64,000 nt of DNA from Candidatus Poribacteria bacterium (GCA_965214095.1 OZ243938.1:2848001-2912000), one strand, 5' to 3'; counted from the first letter of the stretch, positions 10,151 to 21,139 are shown. Program-made: numbers and translations. Notes: generated by a model not told the origin, from the sequence alone.

Positions 10151-11308
10151 ATGAAATTTCTAAACTCCTGTGTGTTTATCACTTATGTCTTTATGACATT
10201 AATGCAATTCGGTTGTTTATCTGTTGGTGTAATGAACAGCGCGGAAAAATTAGTGGAAGCAAAGGATTACTATGGCGCAATAGAAGCCTATCAGAACATT
10301 ATTGATACAAAACCTCGAACTTCAGATGCGCGTGCAGCACAACTTGCCATCGGTGAAATCTACGTCAAACATATTGATCAGCCCGAGCACGGAATAAAAG
10401 CTTATGAAGCACTCATTGCTGAAGCACCTACAAGCGATGAAGCCGCAGAGTCACACTATCGCCTCGGGATACATGCCTTTTACCAAGAAAATATTGAAAC
10501 AGCGCAAACCCAATTCAGTATTATTGTTAATCAATTTTCCCATTTGGAATTAAGCAAAAAGGCACAGCTTTTGTTGGCAAGGTGTTATGAGAAAATTCAA
10601 AAATTTGAACAAGCTATAGAAGTGTATGATAATTTTGTTCAACAGAATCCACAAAGCAAACGCACACCACAAATTCTTGCATATAAAGCGCGAATCCAAC
10701 GAAAACACCTTAAGAATGATGAAGAAGCAATACGTACACTGCAATTATTGGTGAGAAAATACTATAATACTGAGAGTGTAGGGTCATACGTTAAAGAAGC
10801 ACAGAAAGTATTAAGCGAGTTCAATGTTACTCCTTTTGGGTTTGGTCCATATCCTGAAGTTCCTGTTGATTATCCCTATCAAGAACGACTTTGGGATAAT
10901 GCAACACCGGGACATGAGTTGTTAGTCCGAGTTCGAATTAAATTATGGAAACAGGGGATACAGACGACAGGTGCTACGTACGATAGTAATGGTTTCATTT
11001 ATCCAACTATTCCTGGTGTTCTTTATGTGAAATGGGTTTATTTTGAAGATGGAGACCCAAAGTATTATGGTCGAAGGTATACAGGCAGATTAAGCGGTGA
11101 TCCAGAAACTGCTGAAGAGTGGGAATCTTTATACATAACTGACAGTTGGTATGGTGCTGACCGGACACTTGAACGTACAGACATAACACCTGATAAAGTT
11201 GAGGAATCAGGTGTTACAGTATATGTGTACCCGAATGGCACAAGAGTTTATGAATACCCGGATGGCGGAATAGATCCTTACGAATTTCTCGGTTTATCAA
11301 GACAGTAA
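10151..11308 (+). CDS. TPR lipoprotein with uncharacterised C-terminal domain (copy 1)
   Basis: Lipobox-like QFGC, BamD-like TPR repeats, C-terminal PFGFGPYP...ELLVRVRIKLW domain. Confidence 0.85.
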   Translation: MKFLNSCVFITYVFMTLMQFGCLSVGVMNSAEKLVEAKDYYGAIEAYQNIIDTKPRTSDARAAQLAIGEIYVKHIDQPEHGIKAYEALIAEAPTSDEAAESHYRLGIHAFYQENIETAQTQFSIIVNQFSHLELSKKAQLLLARCYEKIQKFEQAIEVYDNFVQQNPQSKRTPQILAYKARIQRKHLKNDEEAIRTLQLLVRKYYNTESVGSYVKEAQKVLSEFNVTPFGFGPYPEVPVDYPYQERLWDNATPGHELLVRVRIKLWKQGIQTTGATYDSNGFIYPTIPGVLYVKWVYFEDGDPKYYGRRYTGRLSGDPETAEEWESLYITDSWYGADRTLERTDITPDKVEESGVTVYVYPNGTRVYEYPDGGIDPYEFLGLSRQ

Positions 11309-11447
11309 GTAATAAAGAAACTTTATCGTGTTTTTTTTATCGTTCACCATCTTCTACGTTAATAGAAATATAAGAAAATCAATAGTATGCCACAAGATTT
11401 ATAAAAGAACACTGAAGTGTTTAGAGCAAACACAGGAGAACTAACCG

Positions 11448-12440
11448 ATGAAAAACAGATGGTTTCCAATATTGATGACATTGTTGATAGCATTCCCAAT
11501 TATGTCCTGTAGTGTCCAACAAGGTTCATTGGAGGATACGATATATGAACCACAGCAAAAGCGTATACACCAAGACGTGAATGTTTCCCTGAGGAAATTA
11601 CAGGCTATTATGGATGTGCAGTTTTCACCCGATGGCACACTGCTCGCGATTGCGACGGACATTGGGATTTTGCTTTACAATACGAAGACTTATGGCAATC
11701 CTGAAATACTTAAAGGGCACACTGGTAATATATGGAGTATAGCGTTTCGTCCGGATGGAAAGGTGCTTGCCAGTGCAGGACAGGACAAAACTGTCCGTTT
11801 GTGGGACGTTAACAGTAGACAACAAATAAGAACCTTCGGAATAAACCTATGCCCTAGAACTAACATTGTGTTTAGTCCAGATGGAAAGATGCTCGCGAGT
11901 GGAGGTATGAATGATGATACGGTTGCTAACGCTTATCTGTGGGATGCGGATACAGGTAAAAGTTTACGTGCATTTTCTGGACGGACGGTTTCTGGACATA
12001 GGTTAGCAGTGATCGGTGTGGCATTGAGTCCGGATGGAAAAGTGCTCGCAAGTACGTATGATGATCAAACCGTCCGTCTATGGGATGTGAACACCGGAGA
12101 ACAAATTAGATTACTTACTATCAATGCCCACTTTGAACAAAAAATAAATTCCCTCGTAGGTATTAATGGTGAAGATGTGGCGTTCAGTCCGGATGGAAAC
12201 ACTATCGCAATTACTGGACCTTCTACCATCCATCTATGGGATACAGGCACAGGACAACACCATAGAATACTCCATAACGGACAGTATCCTGGACAGTATC
12301 CTGTTGAAGTAATAACAGATATAGCGTTCAGTCCGGATGGAAGTATCGCATGTATTGGTCGACTTGAAGCGCATGTATGGGATATGGAAACGGAAACACT
12401 CATCCACTTACTGATAGATATTACTGCTAATGGTTATTGA
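11448..12440 (+). CDS. WD40 repeat lipoprotein
   Basis: Lipobox IMSC and repeated FSPDGxxLAS...VRLWD units. Confidence 0.85.
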   Translation: MKNRWFPILMTLLIAFPIMSCSVQQGSLEDTIYEPQQKRIHQDVNVSLRKLQAIMDVQFSPDGTLLAIATDIGILLYNTKTYGNPEILKGHTGNIWSIAFRPDGKVLASAGQDKTVRLWDVNSRQQIRTFGINLCPRTNIVFSPDGKMLASGGMNDDTVANAYLWDADTGKSLRAFSGRTVSGHRLAVIGVALSPDGKVLASTYDDQTVRLWDVNTGEQIRLLTINAHFEQKINSLVGINGEDVAFSPDGNTIAITGPSTIHLWDTGTGQHHRILHNGQYPGQYPVEVITDIAFSPDGSIACIGRLEAHVWDMETETLIHLLIDITANGY

Positions 12441-12530
12441 TACTACCGCTGAGTAAACGGCATACCGAAACCAGCACCGCTTCACGTCAGTTTTGAATGA
12501 TCTCCTCGGCTTGATCTTTTTAGCAACACA
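12420..12530 (-). repeat. Degenerate copy of the comEC 3' end
   Basis: TAATGGTTATTGATACTACCGCTGAGTAAACGGCATACCGAAACCAGCACCGCTTCACGTCAGTTTTG aligns to 13995-14063. Confidence 0.8.
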
Positions 12531-12574
12531 TAAATACTCTATCTACCAATTTCTATTTTGAAAGGAGAAGCATC

Positions 12575-13732
12575 ATGAAATTTCTAAACTCCTGTGTGTT
12601 TATCACTTATGTCTTTATGACATTAATGCAATTCGGTTGTTTATCTGTTGGTGTAATGAACAGCGCGGAAAAATTAGTGGAAGCAAAGGATTACTATGGT
12701 GCAATAGAAGCCTATCAGAACATTATTGAGACAAAACCAGGAACTTCAGATGCGCGTGCAGCACAACTTGCCATCGGTGAAATCTACGTCAAACATATTG
12801 ATCAGTCCGAACACGGAATAAAAGCTTATGAAGCACTCATTGCTGAAGCACCTACAAGCGATGAAGCCGCAGAGTCACACTATCGCCTCGGGATACATGC
12901 CTTTTACCAAGAAAATATTGAAACAGCGCAAACCCAATTCAGTATTATTGTTAATCAATTTTCCCATTTGGAATTAAGCAAAAAGGCACAGCTTTTGTTG
13001 GCAAGGTGCTATGAGAAAATGCAAAAATTTGAACAAGCTATAGAAGTTTATGATAATTTTGTTCAACAGAACCCACAAAGCAAACGCACACCACAAATTC
13101 TTGCATATAAAGCGCGAATCCAACGAAAACACCTTAAGAATGATGAAAAGGCAATACGTACACTGCAATTATTAGTTAGAAAACACATCAGAATTGAGAG
13201 CGCACAACCGTACGTTACAGAAGCTATAAAAGAATTGATTGAAGCTAAAAAAGAACTGATTGAATTCAATCATTCTCCCTTTGGATTTGGTCCATATCCT
13301 AAAGTCCCTGTTGATTATCCTTATCGGGAAGAGGTACAGACTTGGGATGATTCCACACCGCGGCATGAATTGTTAGTCCGAGTCCGTATTAAGTTATGGG
13401 AACAGGGGATACAGACGGAAGGTGCTATGTTTGATAGTAATGGTCTCATTTATGTATCTATTCCTGGTGTTCTTTACGTGAAATGGGTTTATGGTGTACC
13501 TGGAGCCCCAAAGTATTATGGTCGACAGTATGCAGGTAGAATATTCGGTAATGGTGAAACTGCTAAAGAGTGGAAATCTTCATACTTAACTGATCGTAGA
13601 TTTGTGCGTACAGACATAACACCTGAAGAAATTGATGTGTCGGGGACGAAGGTTTATGTGTACCCAAATGGCACAAAAGTTTATGAATACCCGGATGGCG
13701 GAATAGATCCTTACGAATTTCTCGGTTTATGA
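12575..13732 (+). CDS. TPR lipoprotein (copy 2)
   Basis: First ~200 codons and 69 nt of upstream DNA are near-identical to copy 1. C-terminal domain diverged. Confidence 0.85.
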   Translation: MKFLNSCVFITYVFMTLMQFGCLSVGVMNSAEKLVEAKDYYGAIEAYQNIIETKPGTSDARAAQLAIGEIYVKHIDQSEHGIKAYEALIAEAPTSDEAAESHYRLGIHAFYQENIETAQTQFSIIVNQFSHLELSKKAQLLLARCYEKMQKFEQAIEVYDNFVQQNPQSKRTPQILAYKARIQRKHLKNDEKAIRTLQLLVRKHIRIESAQPYVTEAIKELIEAKKELIEFNHSPFGFGPYPKVPVDYPYREEVQTWDDSTPRHELLVRVRIKLWEQGIQTEGAMFDSNGLIYVSIPGVLYVKWVYGVPGAPKYYGRQYAGRIFGNGETAKEWKSSYLTDRRFVRTDITPEEIDVSGTKVYVYPNGTKVYEYPDGGIDPYEFLGL

Positions 13733-13789
13733 AGATAATAAGTAATTAAAGAAACTGTATCGTGTTTTTACTTTTATCGTTCACCATCT

Positions 13790-13976
13790 TCCGTCGGATG
13801 CGGACATGAACCATCACCACAGAAGCCTCTGGCACGGAAAGTATCCAGATCAGTATCCCATTATAGCAACAGATGTAGCGTTCAGTCCGGATGGAAAAAC
13901 TATCGCATGTGTTGGTTTCCGTGAAGCACATGTATGGGATATGGAAACGGAAACACTCATCCATTTACTGATAGAT
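13790..13976 (+). pseudogene. 3' remnant of the WD40 lipoprotein gene
   Basis: Aligns to ~12235-12420 (GCGTTCAGTCCGGATGGAA...TGGGATATGGAAACGGAAACACTCATCCA). 5' part deleted. Confidence 0.8.
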
Positions 13977-13993
13977 ACACATTGATATTACTG

Positions 13994-16453
13994 TTAATGG
14001 TTATTGATACTACCACTGGGTAAAACGGCATACCGAAACCAACACTGCTTCCCATCAGTTTTGAGTATAATCGCTCCGAGTCGATCTGTTCTTAGCTGCA
14101 CACAATTCCGTTCTTGATATCGTGCTACTACCTCTGCATGCGGTAATTGATAGCGGTTGTCTTTACCAAGCGAGAAAATAGCGTATCTCGGTTGCACCCT
14201 ATCCAAAAACCGCGCACTGCTGGAGCTGCGGCTACCATGATGCGGCACCTTCAGCACCTCTGACTGTAAATCTTGCTGAGACCTTATCAAACGCGTTTCA
14301 GCATTCATTTCAATGTCTCCTGTAAATAGAATATCCACCTCACCGTAGCTAAGTTTCAGAACGAGTGAGTCATCGTTCTTGTTCTCGTCCAGCAGATTGG
14401 TGGACGTTTCATCTATTGGGTGTAGGAGATTTAATTTTACATCCGCAGTCAATTCAATTTCACTTTTATATCGGAAAGAATAAGGAATATCACGCACCTT
14501 TGCTATGGTGCGTAGTCGCTGATGCGTTTGCGAATCAAGTGTCATGTCTGATATACCGAGAATATGTTTCACCCTATAGTTTTGTAGGATATGTCCAAGT
14601 CCGCCACCGTGGTCAAGGTCTGGATGTGTCAGCACCACTAAATCAAGTTGCTGAATACTGTTTGCATCAAGATAAGGTTCAATTATCTGTTCACCGACAT
14701 CATAATCAACTTGTCTTTGTTTCTTTTCATCAAAATAGGCGTGTTGAATTCCGCCATCAATCAATATTGTTCGTCTGTCTGGTAGTCTGACGACAGCAGC
14801 GTCCCCTTGACCGACATCAAGCGTAATCACTTCTAACAGACGACCTTTTTGATGGAGCGCACTGTCCCAAACCCAGATTGCGATGACTGAGAGTGTAATG
14901 AGACTTGCTATTCTCCAATGTTCATAAGCCTTTCGCCAATGTGTGACACCTAAAATTATGGCTATGTAGACAATGATGACACCTACTATCGGTGCTAACT
15001 TCATGATACCCCATTTTTGTCCAAAAATGCCGATGAGATCTAAAAAGATGAAGATGATTGCGTGGTTGACCATTGCCAAAAGTTTAGCAAGCGGCAGCCA
15101 GATAAATCCTATACATACCGATACCATGCCAACACAAACGATTAACGAAACAAGACCGACAGCGAAGGGACCGACGATTAGACCGAGTGGATATGCTCTG
15201 TAAAAATGATATGCGATGAGTGGTCCCGTGCCGAGTTGTGCTGCGAATGTTACAAGATAGGACAGTATCAACCATTTCACCGCTCTGTTTTTATATCTCA
15301 CGAAAGCGGGAATATCAATAGATTCAGGTTGTTCCCACAACTTCCGCAAAGGTTGTTCCATTTTCGGCACAAGATAGACGATAGAAGCCACTGCAACGAA
15401 GGACAACTGAAAGCCGACATCCCACACTTGAGTCGGGTTTATCAGTAGTAAAACTGATGCTGCAACTGCGAGTAGGTTATAAATATCGGCATCACGATCA
15501 ATGATAGATGCAAATAGGAATAGGATAGCCATGAGCGAGGCACGGAAAACAGATGGACGGAAACCGACTAAACACGCGTAAATGACAACTGCCAAAATCG
15601 TCAGCAAGGATACTATTTTCTTTGGCATACGAAATATTGATAGACCGAAATAACAAAAGAACGCCACGAGTCCGACATGCAAACCTGACACTGCCAACAC
15701 GTGAAAAGTGCCACTATTACGGAAGATGTCCAATGTCTCTGTTGGCACATCTCCCCGTTTTCCAAGTAGAACCCCTTTTAGCAATTCTGCGTTTAATTTT
15801 GTTGGATGGCTTCCTAACCCAGAATAAGCACTATCAATCACCCGTTCAGTTTTCAGTCGTAATGCTTCAATCCAACGTAGTGGTAAAACACCTGATTGCT
15901 CACCTATCTGTAGCAGACCTTTATGATTTATGATACCAGATACCTTTTGTCGATTAAGATATGCGCGATAGTCGAACCCACCCGGATTTCTCTGTGACTG
16001 CGGTTGACGTAACATACCTGTTAGTGTTAGGTGTTTCCCGTATCGTAGTGGCTGTGAATCCTGAAATCGTATCAACAACTTTGCCGACACTTTCTGCGTT
16101 GGATTGGATAGGAGTTGAGCTTGTCCTACGGCATAGCATGCGTCCCATGCCTCACCGCGTTCTGGTTGGTATACTGTCTTACCTGTGAAGCTAACAGGTT
16201 GGTCATAAAAATGTTGAGGAATTGTTGGGACGGTAGCAATTTCTAATCGCAGCATCCCACCTGCAAAGACTGCGACGTGAAGCAACACATAACAAATATA
16301 TTTTGAACGAGGTCTCATCAGGATGCTACCGATGAAGCATAGTAACACGAATACCCATATCCACAGGATTGGGATTGATATGTATTCACCTGCTATGATG
16401 CCAAAAAGGAACGGTATAAGAAAGAATAGAGCAGGACGTGGTTTGAGTTTCAT
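13994..16453 (-). CDS. comEC: DNA internalization competence protein ComEC/Rec2
   Basis: RNPGGFDY, HVLAVSGLHVG, GFQLSF, DVGQGDA, THPDLDHGGG, FTGDIE and KVPHHGS motifs. Confidence 0.95.
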   Translation of the reverse strand: MKLKPRPALFFLIPFLFGIIAGEYISIPILWIWVFVLLCFIGSILMRPRSKYICYVLLHVAVFAGGMLRLEIATVPTIPQHFYDQPVSFTGKTVYQPERGEAWDACYAVGQAQLLSNPTQKVSAKLLIRFQDSQPLRYGKHLTLTGMLRQPQSQRNPGGFDYRAYLNRQKVSGIINHKGLLQIGEQSGVLPLRWIEALRLKTERVIDSAYSGLGSHPTKLNAELLKGVLLGKRGDVPTETLDIFRNSGTFHVLAVSGLHVGLVAFFCYFGLSIFRMPKKIVSLLTILAVVIYACLVGFRPSVFRASLMAILFLFASIIDRDADIYNLLAVAASVLLLINPTQVWDVGFQLSFVAVASIVYLVPKMEQPLRKLWEQPESIDIPAFVRYKNRAVKWLILSYLVTFAAQLGTGPLIAYHFYRAYPLGLIVGPFAVGLVSLIVCVGMVSVCIGFIWLPLAKLLAMVNHAIIFIFLDLIGIFGQKWGIMKLAPIVGVIIVYIAIILGVTHWRKAYEHWRIASLITLSVIAIWVWDSALHQKGRLLEVITLDVGQGDAAVVRLPDRRTILIDGGIQHAYFDEKKQRQVDYDVGEQIIEPYLDANSIQQLDLVVLTHPDLDHGGGLGHILQNYRVKHILGISDMTLDSQTHQRLRTIAKVRDIPYSFRYKSEIELTADVKLNLLHPIDETSTNLLDENKNDDSLVLKLSYGEVDILFTGDIEMNAETRLIRSQQDLQSEVLKVPHHGSRSSSSARFLDRVQPRYAIFSLGKDNRYQLPHAEVVARYQERNCVQLRTDRLGAIILKTDGKQCWFRYAVLPSGSINNH

Positions 16454-16614
16454 TTTTGCTGTAATGTATTTGGTTGGGTATGCTATCTATTATATTGTGT
16501 GCGATGAAAAAATACAACGTTTATGTCTGGGTAAACATCTTGAATATTATCGTTATGCATGTTATATTGTAGTCATACGTAAACTGACAGATTTTGTAGA
16601 CAAAGGACCCTAAT

Positions 16615-17796
16615 TTGAACCAAGATATTCATACCTATTTTTTGCCACCACAAATTGAATTTGGGGAAGGTGCCATCGCAAACTTGGCTGAGCATGTTAC
16701 TACTTTCGGTGGTAAGAAACCTTTCATCGTTAGTGATACAGGAATCCAGAACGCGGGAATATTAGACCAAGCAACCGCACCGTTAGACGCAGCGAATATA
16801 CCTTATGCAAGCTATATTGACATTGAACCGAATCCCACGGATATTAGCATTACACAAGGGGTGGAGGTTTATCAGGAGGAAAAATGTGATGTTGTCATCG
16901 CAGTGGGTGGTGGCAGTGTGATGGATGCTGCAAAGGCAATTCGCCTCTTAACAACGCACACACCACCATTAGAACCCTATTATGTTGATTCGGATCGTGC
17001 GAACAAGATTCGAGGCGACATGCCACCTTTGATATGTGTGCCAACAACCGCCGGGACTGGTAGCGAAGTCTCTCAAGGTGCTATCATTACCGATACCTCG
17101 TTACAAACGACAAATAGATGGCGAAAACGTGCTATCATAACACGTTTCAATATGTCAAACCTCGCACTACTTGACCCAGTGTTAACTGTGGGAATGCCGC
17201 AGTCTTTGACAGCAGCAACAGGCATGGATGCTATCACACACGGGATTGAGGCGTATGTCGCAACGAAATATCACCCAATCTCAGAAGGCGTAGCATTGCA
17301 AGCAGTGAAGATGTTGGGAGCGAATATCCGAACAGCGTATCATCAAGGAGATGACCTGAAGGCACGGGGTGAGATGTTGTTAGCATCGTGTATGGGAGCG
17401 TTTGCGTTTCAGAAGGGACTTGGGGCAGTCCATTCCATTGCACATCAGTTGTCAACAGACGCACCGATTCCACACGGTGTTGCGAATGCCATTCTCTTAC
17501 CGCCTGTAATGGAGTTCAATTTGCCTCATGTGATTGACAAATACGCTGATATTGCTGTTGCATTGGGTGTCAATGTGGAAGGTATGTCTAAAGGTGAAGC
17601 AGCCTGTGCTGCGATTGACGAAATCCGTTCATTGAACGACGAACTCAAAATGCCTACAGGTTTAGGTGCAGCAGGATTAGACAGAGATAAACTACCAAAA
17701 CTTGCTGCCGATTCCATGCTTGACCACTGTCATAAATTCAATCCTCGGCGGTGCACAGAACAAGATATGCTGCATTTGCTTGAGGATGCCTTTTAA
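16615..17796 (+). CDS. Iron-containing alcohol dehydrogenase
   Basis: GGGSVMDAAK, PTTAGTGSEV, GMDAITHGIE, HSIAH and HGVANA motifs. Confidence 0.92.
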   Translation: MNQDIHTYFLPPQIEFGEGAIANLAEHVTTFGGKKPFIVSDTGIQNAGILDQATAPLDAANIPYASYIDIEPNPTDISITQGVEVYQEEKCDVVIAVGGGSVMDAAKAIRLLTTHTPPLEPYYVDSDRANKIRGDMPPLICVPTTAGTGSEVSQGAIITDTSLQTTNRWRKRAIITRFNMSNLALLDPVLTVGMPQSLTAATGMDAITHGIEAYVATKYHPISEGVALQAVKMLGANIRTAYHQGDDLKARGEMLLASCMGAFAFQKGLGAVHSIAHQLSTDAPIPHGVANAILLPPVMEFNLPHVIDKYADIAVALGVNVEGMSKGEAACAAIDEIRSLNDELKMPTGLGAAGLDRDKLPKLAADSMLDHCHKFNPRRCTEQDMLHLLEDAF

Positions 17797-17803
17797 GGTT
17801 ATG

Positions 17804-20017
17804 CTACGGAGACAGGTCAATAGGCACAATCCAACCCATTGTATTGGCAGGTTTATAGGTATTATCTCGCAGATAATCTGAGGTGTGCCACAAGCAAAGG
17901 CTTTTACCATCTGGCATCCAGACAATAGATGCAAGTTTCATAGATGTTCGGGCTATGGGGTATTTCTTACCTTTATCCAAGTCGTACACCCAAACCTTCC
18001 ATCGAAGTCCAGTACAATCTTCACGTTCTAAATATGCCAACAAGTTTCCATTCGGTGACCATGCGGGGGCAGTATGTTTGAGCACTTGGTGTTTTGTAGA
18101 CTTATTTGTAATCTCAACGAGATGAAGTCGTTTATCAAGAACAGGGTCTTGTCGGATACTGCCAGAAACCACATACGCGAGTCTTTTCCCATCGGATGAC
18201 CATTGCAACTGTCTGATCCGTTGATGTTGGGTTGCGATCTGTTGTAAACGTTCACCTTCTACATTTTGTATACGGATAGCCGCATAAGAAACCGTCCCGT
18301 TTCCGACTTCCTGATCTTGTGCTTCCTCAAAAGCAAGTATATCTCCATTTGATGACCAAGTAGGTGCTTGCATATAGGAATATGCATACCGAGATTGTTT
18401 GTATAGAACACGTGCTATTTCTCTGCCACCACTGCCATCACTATTGATCCGATAAATAATATCATGCCCTTTTTCTCTTCGCTTGAATGCCAATTGATTA
18501 GCGGTTGGTGACCATGCTGGGGCAGTACCTTTGATCAGTTTCTTGATATGTCCCAACTCCCAATCGGCAATATAGATATAACGTTCAACATCAACTTCAA
18601 CCTCAAGTGCTAACAAACGACTATCCAAAGACCAAGAAACATGTGGATTGTAAAACGCATCGGTATATAGTTTTTTCGCTTGTTTCCCCTCTTTATCCAT
18701 AATCCATAATTCGCTTGCTTTCCAATAACTCCCACTCAGGTCTGTTCTCTTTAGCATAGCGACGAGTTCACCATTTGGACTCCACTTTGGATATTCCGCG
18801 CCTTCAACTAAATGTAACACATGAGGTGTTCCGCAATAGTTTGTGTTAAACATAACACCATCGGTTTCCTCAAATTCGCCAAAGCCATCTCTATTTATCC
18901 AGACTGCTTCTGTGTTAGGAAGTTCAACCTGATACCAATCCCGTTCGGTTTGAACAATCGGCAAACTTGTACCATCATTGAGACGGTATAAAGGTGAATT
19001 ATCCTCTTTTTCGGCAAATACGGACGTATTATCTTGTGTAACGATACCGTGTTTACGTGAATCATCTGTAACTTGTGAACTTTCTGTTGCATTCGTAAAT
19101 GCATAGACTGAACCGTCTGTAGAGGAAATATAAAGGATACCGTCAGAAATTGCAGGTGCTGCATCAACAGGACCGGCAACCTGATGTGTCCATTCTGTTG
19201 TCTTGCTGGTCATATTGATTGCATGAATCTTCCCATCCCGCGAACCGATATAGACGTAATCGTTTGCCATGACAGGATAACTCTCACTCGCGAGCGTAAA
19301 ACTACGCCATAATTCAGCGTCGTAATTTGGTATTACAGGACGAAACTCTGCATTTGCACATCCGTATTCTACTCCGTTAATAGTGACCGTTCGTTGTCGT
19401 TCAGACTTGATTTTACCCGTGAATGCATCCAGCATATATATACGCGTAGGATATGCACCTGTGTAAACGATTCCATCAAATACAATCGGTGCTGAATCCA
19501 TCCATCCCTTCGTCTCATATTCCCATAACATATCACCTGTTTTGGCATCAAGTGCATATATTTTGTTGTCGCGTGTGTTAAAATAGACACGATTACCCCA
19601 TACCACTGCAGAAAATCGGATTGAACTACCAGCATCAAACACCCACTTTATACCCCATTCTTTGGCATTTAATGCATAGAGTTTCCCGTCTGCAGAACCG
19701 ATATAAACCGTATCGTTTGCAATGACAGATGAAGCCGTCACAGGTCCACCTGTCTTAAATTGCCATACTAAGTTGAATGGAGGTTTAAGTTTCTGATCCG
19801 AACTCTTTCCAGAGAACTGCAGGTCGTGCATGAACATGTGCCAATCTTCAGGACGCGGTAATTCAACAGGTTCAACAACTTCAGGAGCAACAGGTTTGGG
19901 GGATGACGGTTTGGATTTCTCTGAGTCCTCTTGCGAATTACAACTACATAGAAGGAGCAACGGAATGAGAAGAAATGTGAATGTTATGATGAGGCTTTGT
20001 TTTATGAGTTGGGACAT
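17804..20017 (-). CDS. Lipoprotein: PQQ/BamB-like propeller, SH3-like domain and TolB-like propeller
   Basis: Lipobox, YIGSxDGKxYA...W repeats, DWYQVELP, WSPxG repeats. Confidence 0.82.
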   Translation of the reverse strand: MSQLIKQSLIITFTFLLIPLLLLCSCNSQEDSEKSKPSSPKPVAPEVVEPVELPRPEDWHMFMHDLQFSGKSSDQKLKPPFNLVWQFKTGGPVTASSVIANDTVYIGSADGKLYALNAKEWGIKWVFDAGSSIRFSAVVWGNRVYFNTRDNKIYALDAKTGDMLWEYETKGWMDSAPIVFDGIVYTGAYPTRIYMLDAFTGKIKSERQRTVTINGVEYGCANAEFRPVIPNYDAELWRSFTLASESYPVMANDYVYIGSRDGKIHAINMTSKTTEWTHQVAGPVDAAPAISDGILYISSTDGSVYAFTNATESSQVTDDSRKHGIVTQDNTSVFAEKEDNSPLYRLNDGTSLPIVQTERDWYQVELPNTEAVWINRDGFGEFEETDGVMFNTNYCGTPHVLHLVEGAEYPKWSPNGELVAMLKRTDLSGSYWKASELWIMDKEGKQAKKLYTDAFYNPHVSWSLDSRLLALEVEVDVERYIYIADWELGHIKKLIKGTAPAWSPTANQLAFKRREKGHDIIYRINSDGSGGREIARVLYKQSRYAYSYMQAPTWSSNGDILAFEEAQDQEVGNGTVSYAAIRIQNVEGERLQQIATQHQRIRQLQWSSDGKRLAYVVSGSIRQDPVLDKRLHLVEITNKSTKHQVLKHTAPAWSPNGNLLAYLEREDCTGLRWKVWVYDLDKGKKYPIARTSMKLASIVWMPDGKSLCLWHTSDYLRDNTYKPANTMGWIVPIDLSP

Positions 20018-20073
20018 AGTATAGAAAATGACTCACATACAGAATTGTTGAAGTAACGGAAATTCATGCCTCT

Positions 20074-20102
20074 AATATAACATGTAGATAGTTATATGTC
20101 AA
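20074..20102 (-). promoter_or_regulatory. Sigma70-type promoter for 17804-20017
   Basis: Minus strand TTGACA-N17-TATATT with extended TG. Confidence 0.65.
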
Positions 20103-20181
20103 CGTCTGATCAGGATTATTTCGTTTTAAGATTTTGTTCAATATTACACGCGTTTATTTTGTTATGGGTTTGTATTCCTAT

Positions 20182-20230
20182 TTGTCTGAACCAGGATTTT
20201 CAGGATTATAGGATTGGCAGGATTATGAGT
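20182..20230 (+). repeat. Dispersed GTCTGAACCAGGATTTTCAGGATT repeat (copy 1)
   Basis: Same repeat at 39119, 41792, 45991 and, inverted, at 57575. Confidence 0.85.
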
Positions 20231-20320
20231 AATGACTACGAATCCTTAAAACTATGGCGAAGTATGAAATTATATCTACACTTTCTTTCTACGGTAGGTG
20301 AGGTTTCCTGACCTCAGCGA

Positions 20321-20422
20321 TATAGTGAATTATAATATAAGTTGACACTTTCGACCCACGGTAGGCGAGGTTTCCTAACCTCGCCGATGCAGCGTGTTCA
20401 AATAATTTCAAAATCTACTATA
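20321..20422. mobile_element. ~102-bp MITE (type A) with TATAGT...ACTATA ends and internal REP
   Basis: Near-identical to 41484-41586 and 55162-55264. Imperfect TIRs. Confidence 0.8.
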
Positions 20423-20577
20423 TGTAGAATTCATTCAATGATTTACCATAAATAACCCTGTCAGGTTGTGAAAACATCTTGAAATTGGATGCATAATATG
20501 TCATACTATAAAAAACATTAAACGCTAAATTACAGGAATAATAAGTATAGAACCACAATTTCACTTTGGAGGTTAAA

Positions 20578-21069
20578 ATGAAGATTCATAGATTTTTGGC
20601 AATGACATGTATTGTCATTTTTGTATGTGCATTGAGCATCGGTTGTGAACAAGCGTTTGGACCATTGATGTTTTCAATTGATGACACACTCATTCCAGAC
20701 GATGTAGACAAGAACCTACCTGAAATATCACCTGTAAGTAATTTGGAACACACGAGATACCGAATGCGAGTGGCAAGAGCTGTTTCTGATGACTCTAAAC
20801 TAATAGAATTAAGAAGTTTTATCGGGGATCATGGTGCACGCGTAACAGTGAAACTATACCTAAATCCTGCTCCGTTAGCTAAAGCAGCAGATGGTATGTC
20901 CATTACGGGTTACAAAATACTCAATGATGCGATCATTCTTGATGTCGTTGTAGTGAAAATCACAAAGGTCATAAATGAGACAACCACTTTGTTAGAATAT
21001 GAGGGGTTCATCGAAAAGAATCTATCTCGTCCCGAAGTGAAGATCGTTTATCTTGATGAAGGTATGTAG
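20578..21069 (+). CDS. Hypothetical lipoprotein
   Basis: RBS GGAGG and lipobox SIGC. Confidence 0.7.
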   Translation: MKIHRFLAMTCIVIFVCALSIGCEQAFGPLMFSIDDTLIPDDVDKNLPEISPVSNLEHTRYRMRVARAVSDDSKLIELRSFIGDHGARVTVKLYLNPAPLAKAADGMSITGYKILNDAIILDVVVVKITKVINETTTLLEYEGFIEKNLSRPEVKIVYLDEGM

Positions 21070-21139
21070 AAAGGTTTGGTCAGTGGATGTAGACTGGACA
21101 GATTACGCGGATTTTTAAGTTTGATTTTTCCATAATTCT

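Noticed and set aside
10760-13732. Diversity-generating retroelement explanation for the variable TPR C-termini
   Set aside because: Differences include indels and all base types rather than adenine-specific changes, and there is no reverse transcriptase in the window.
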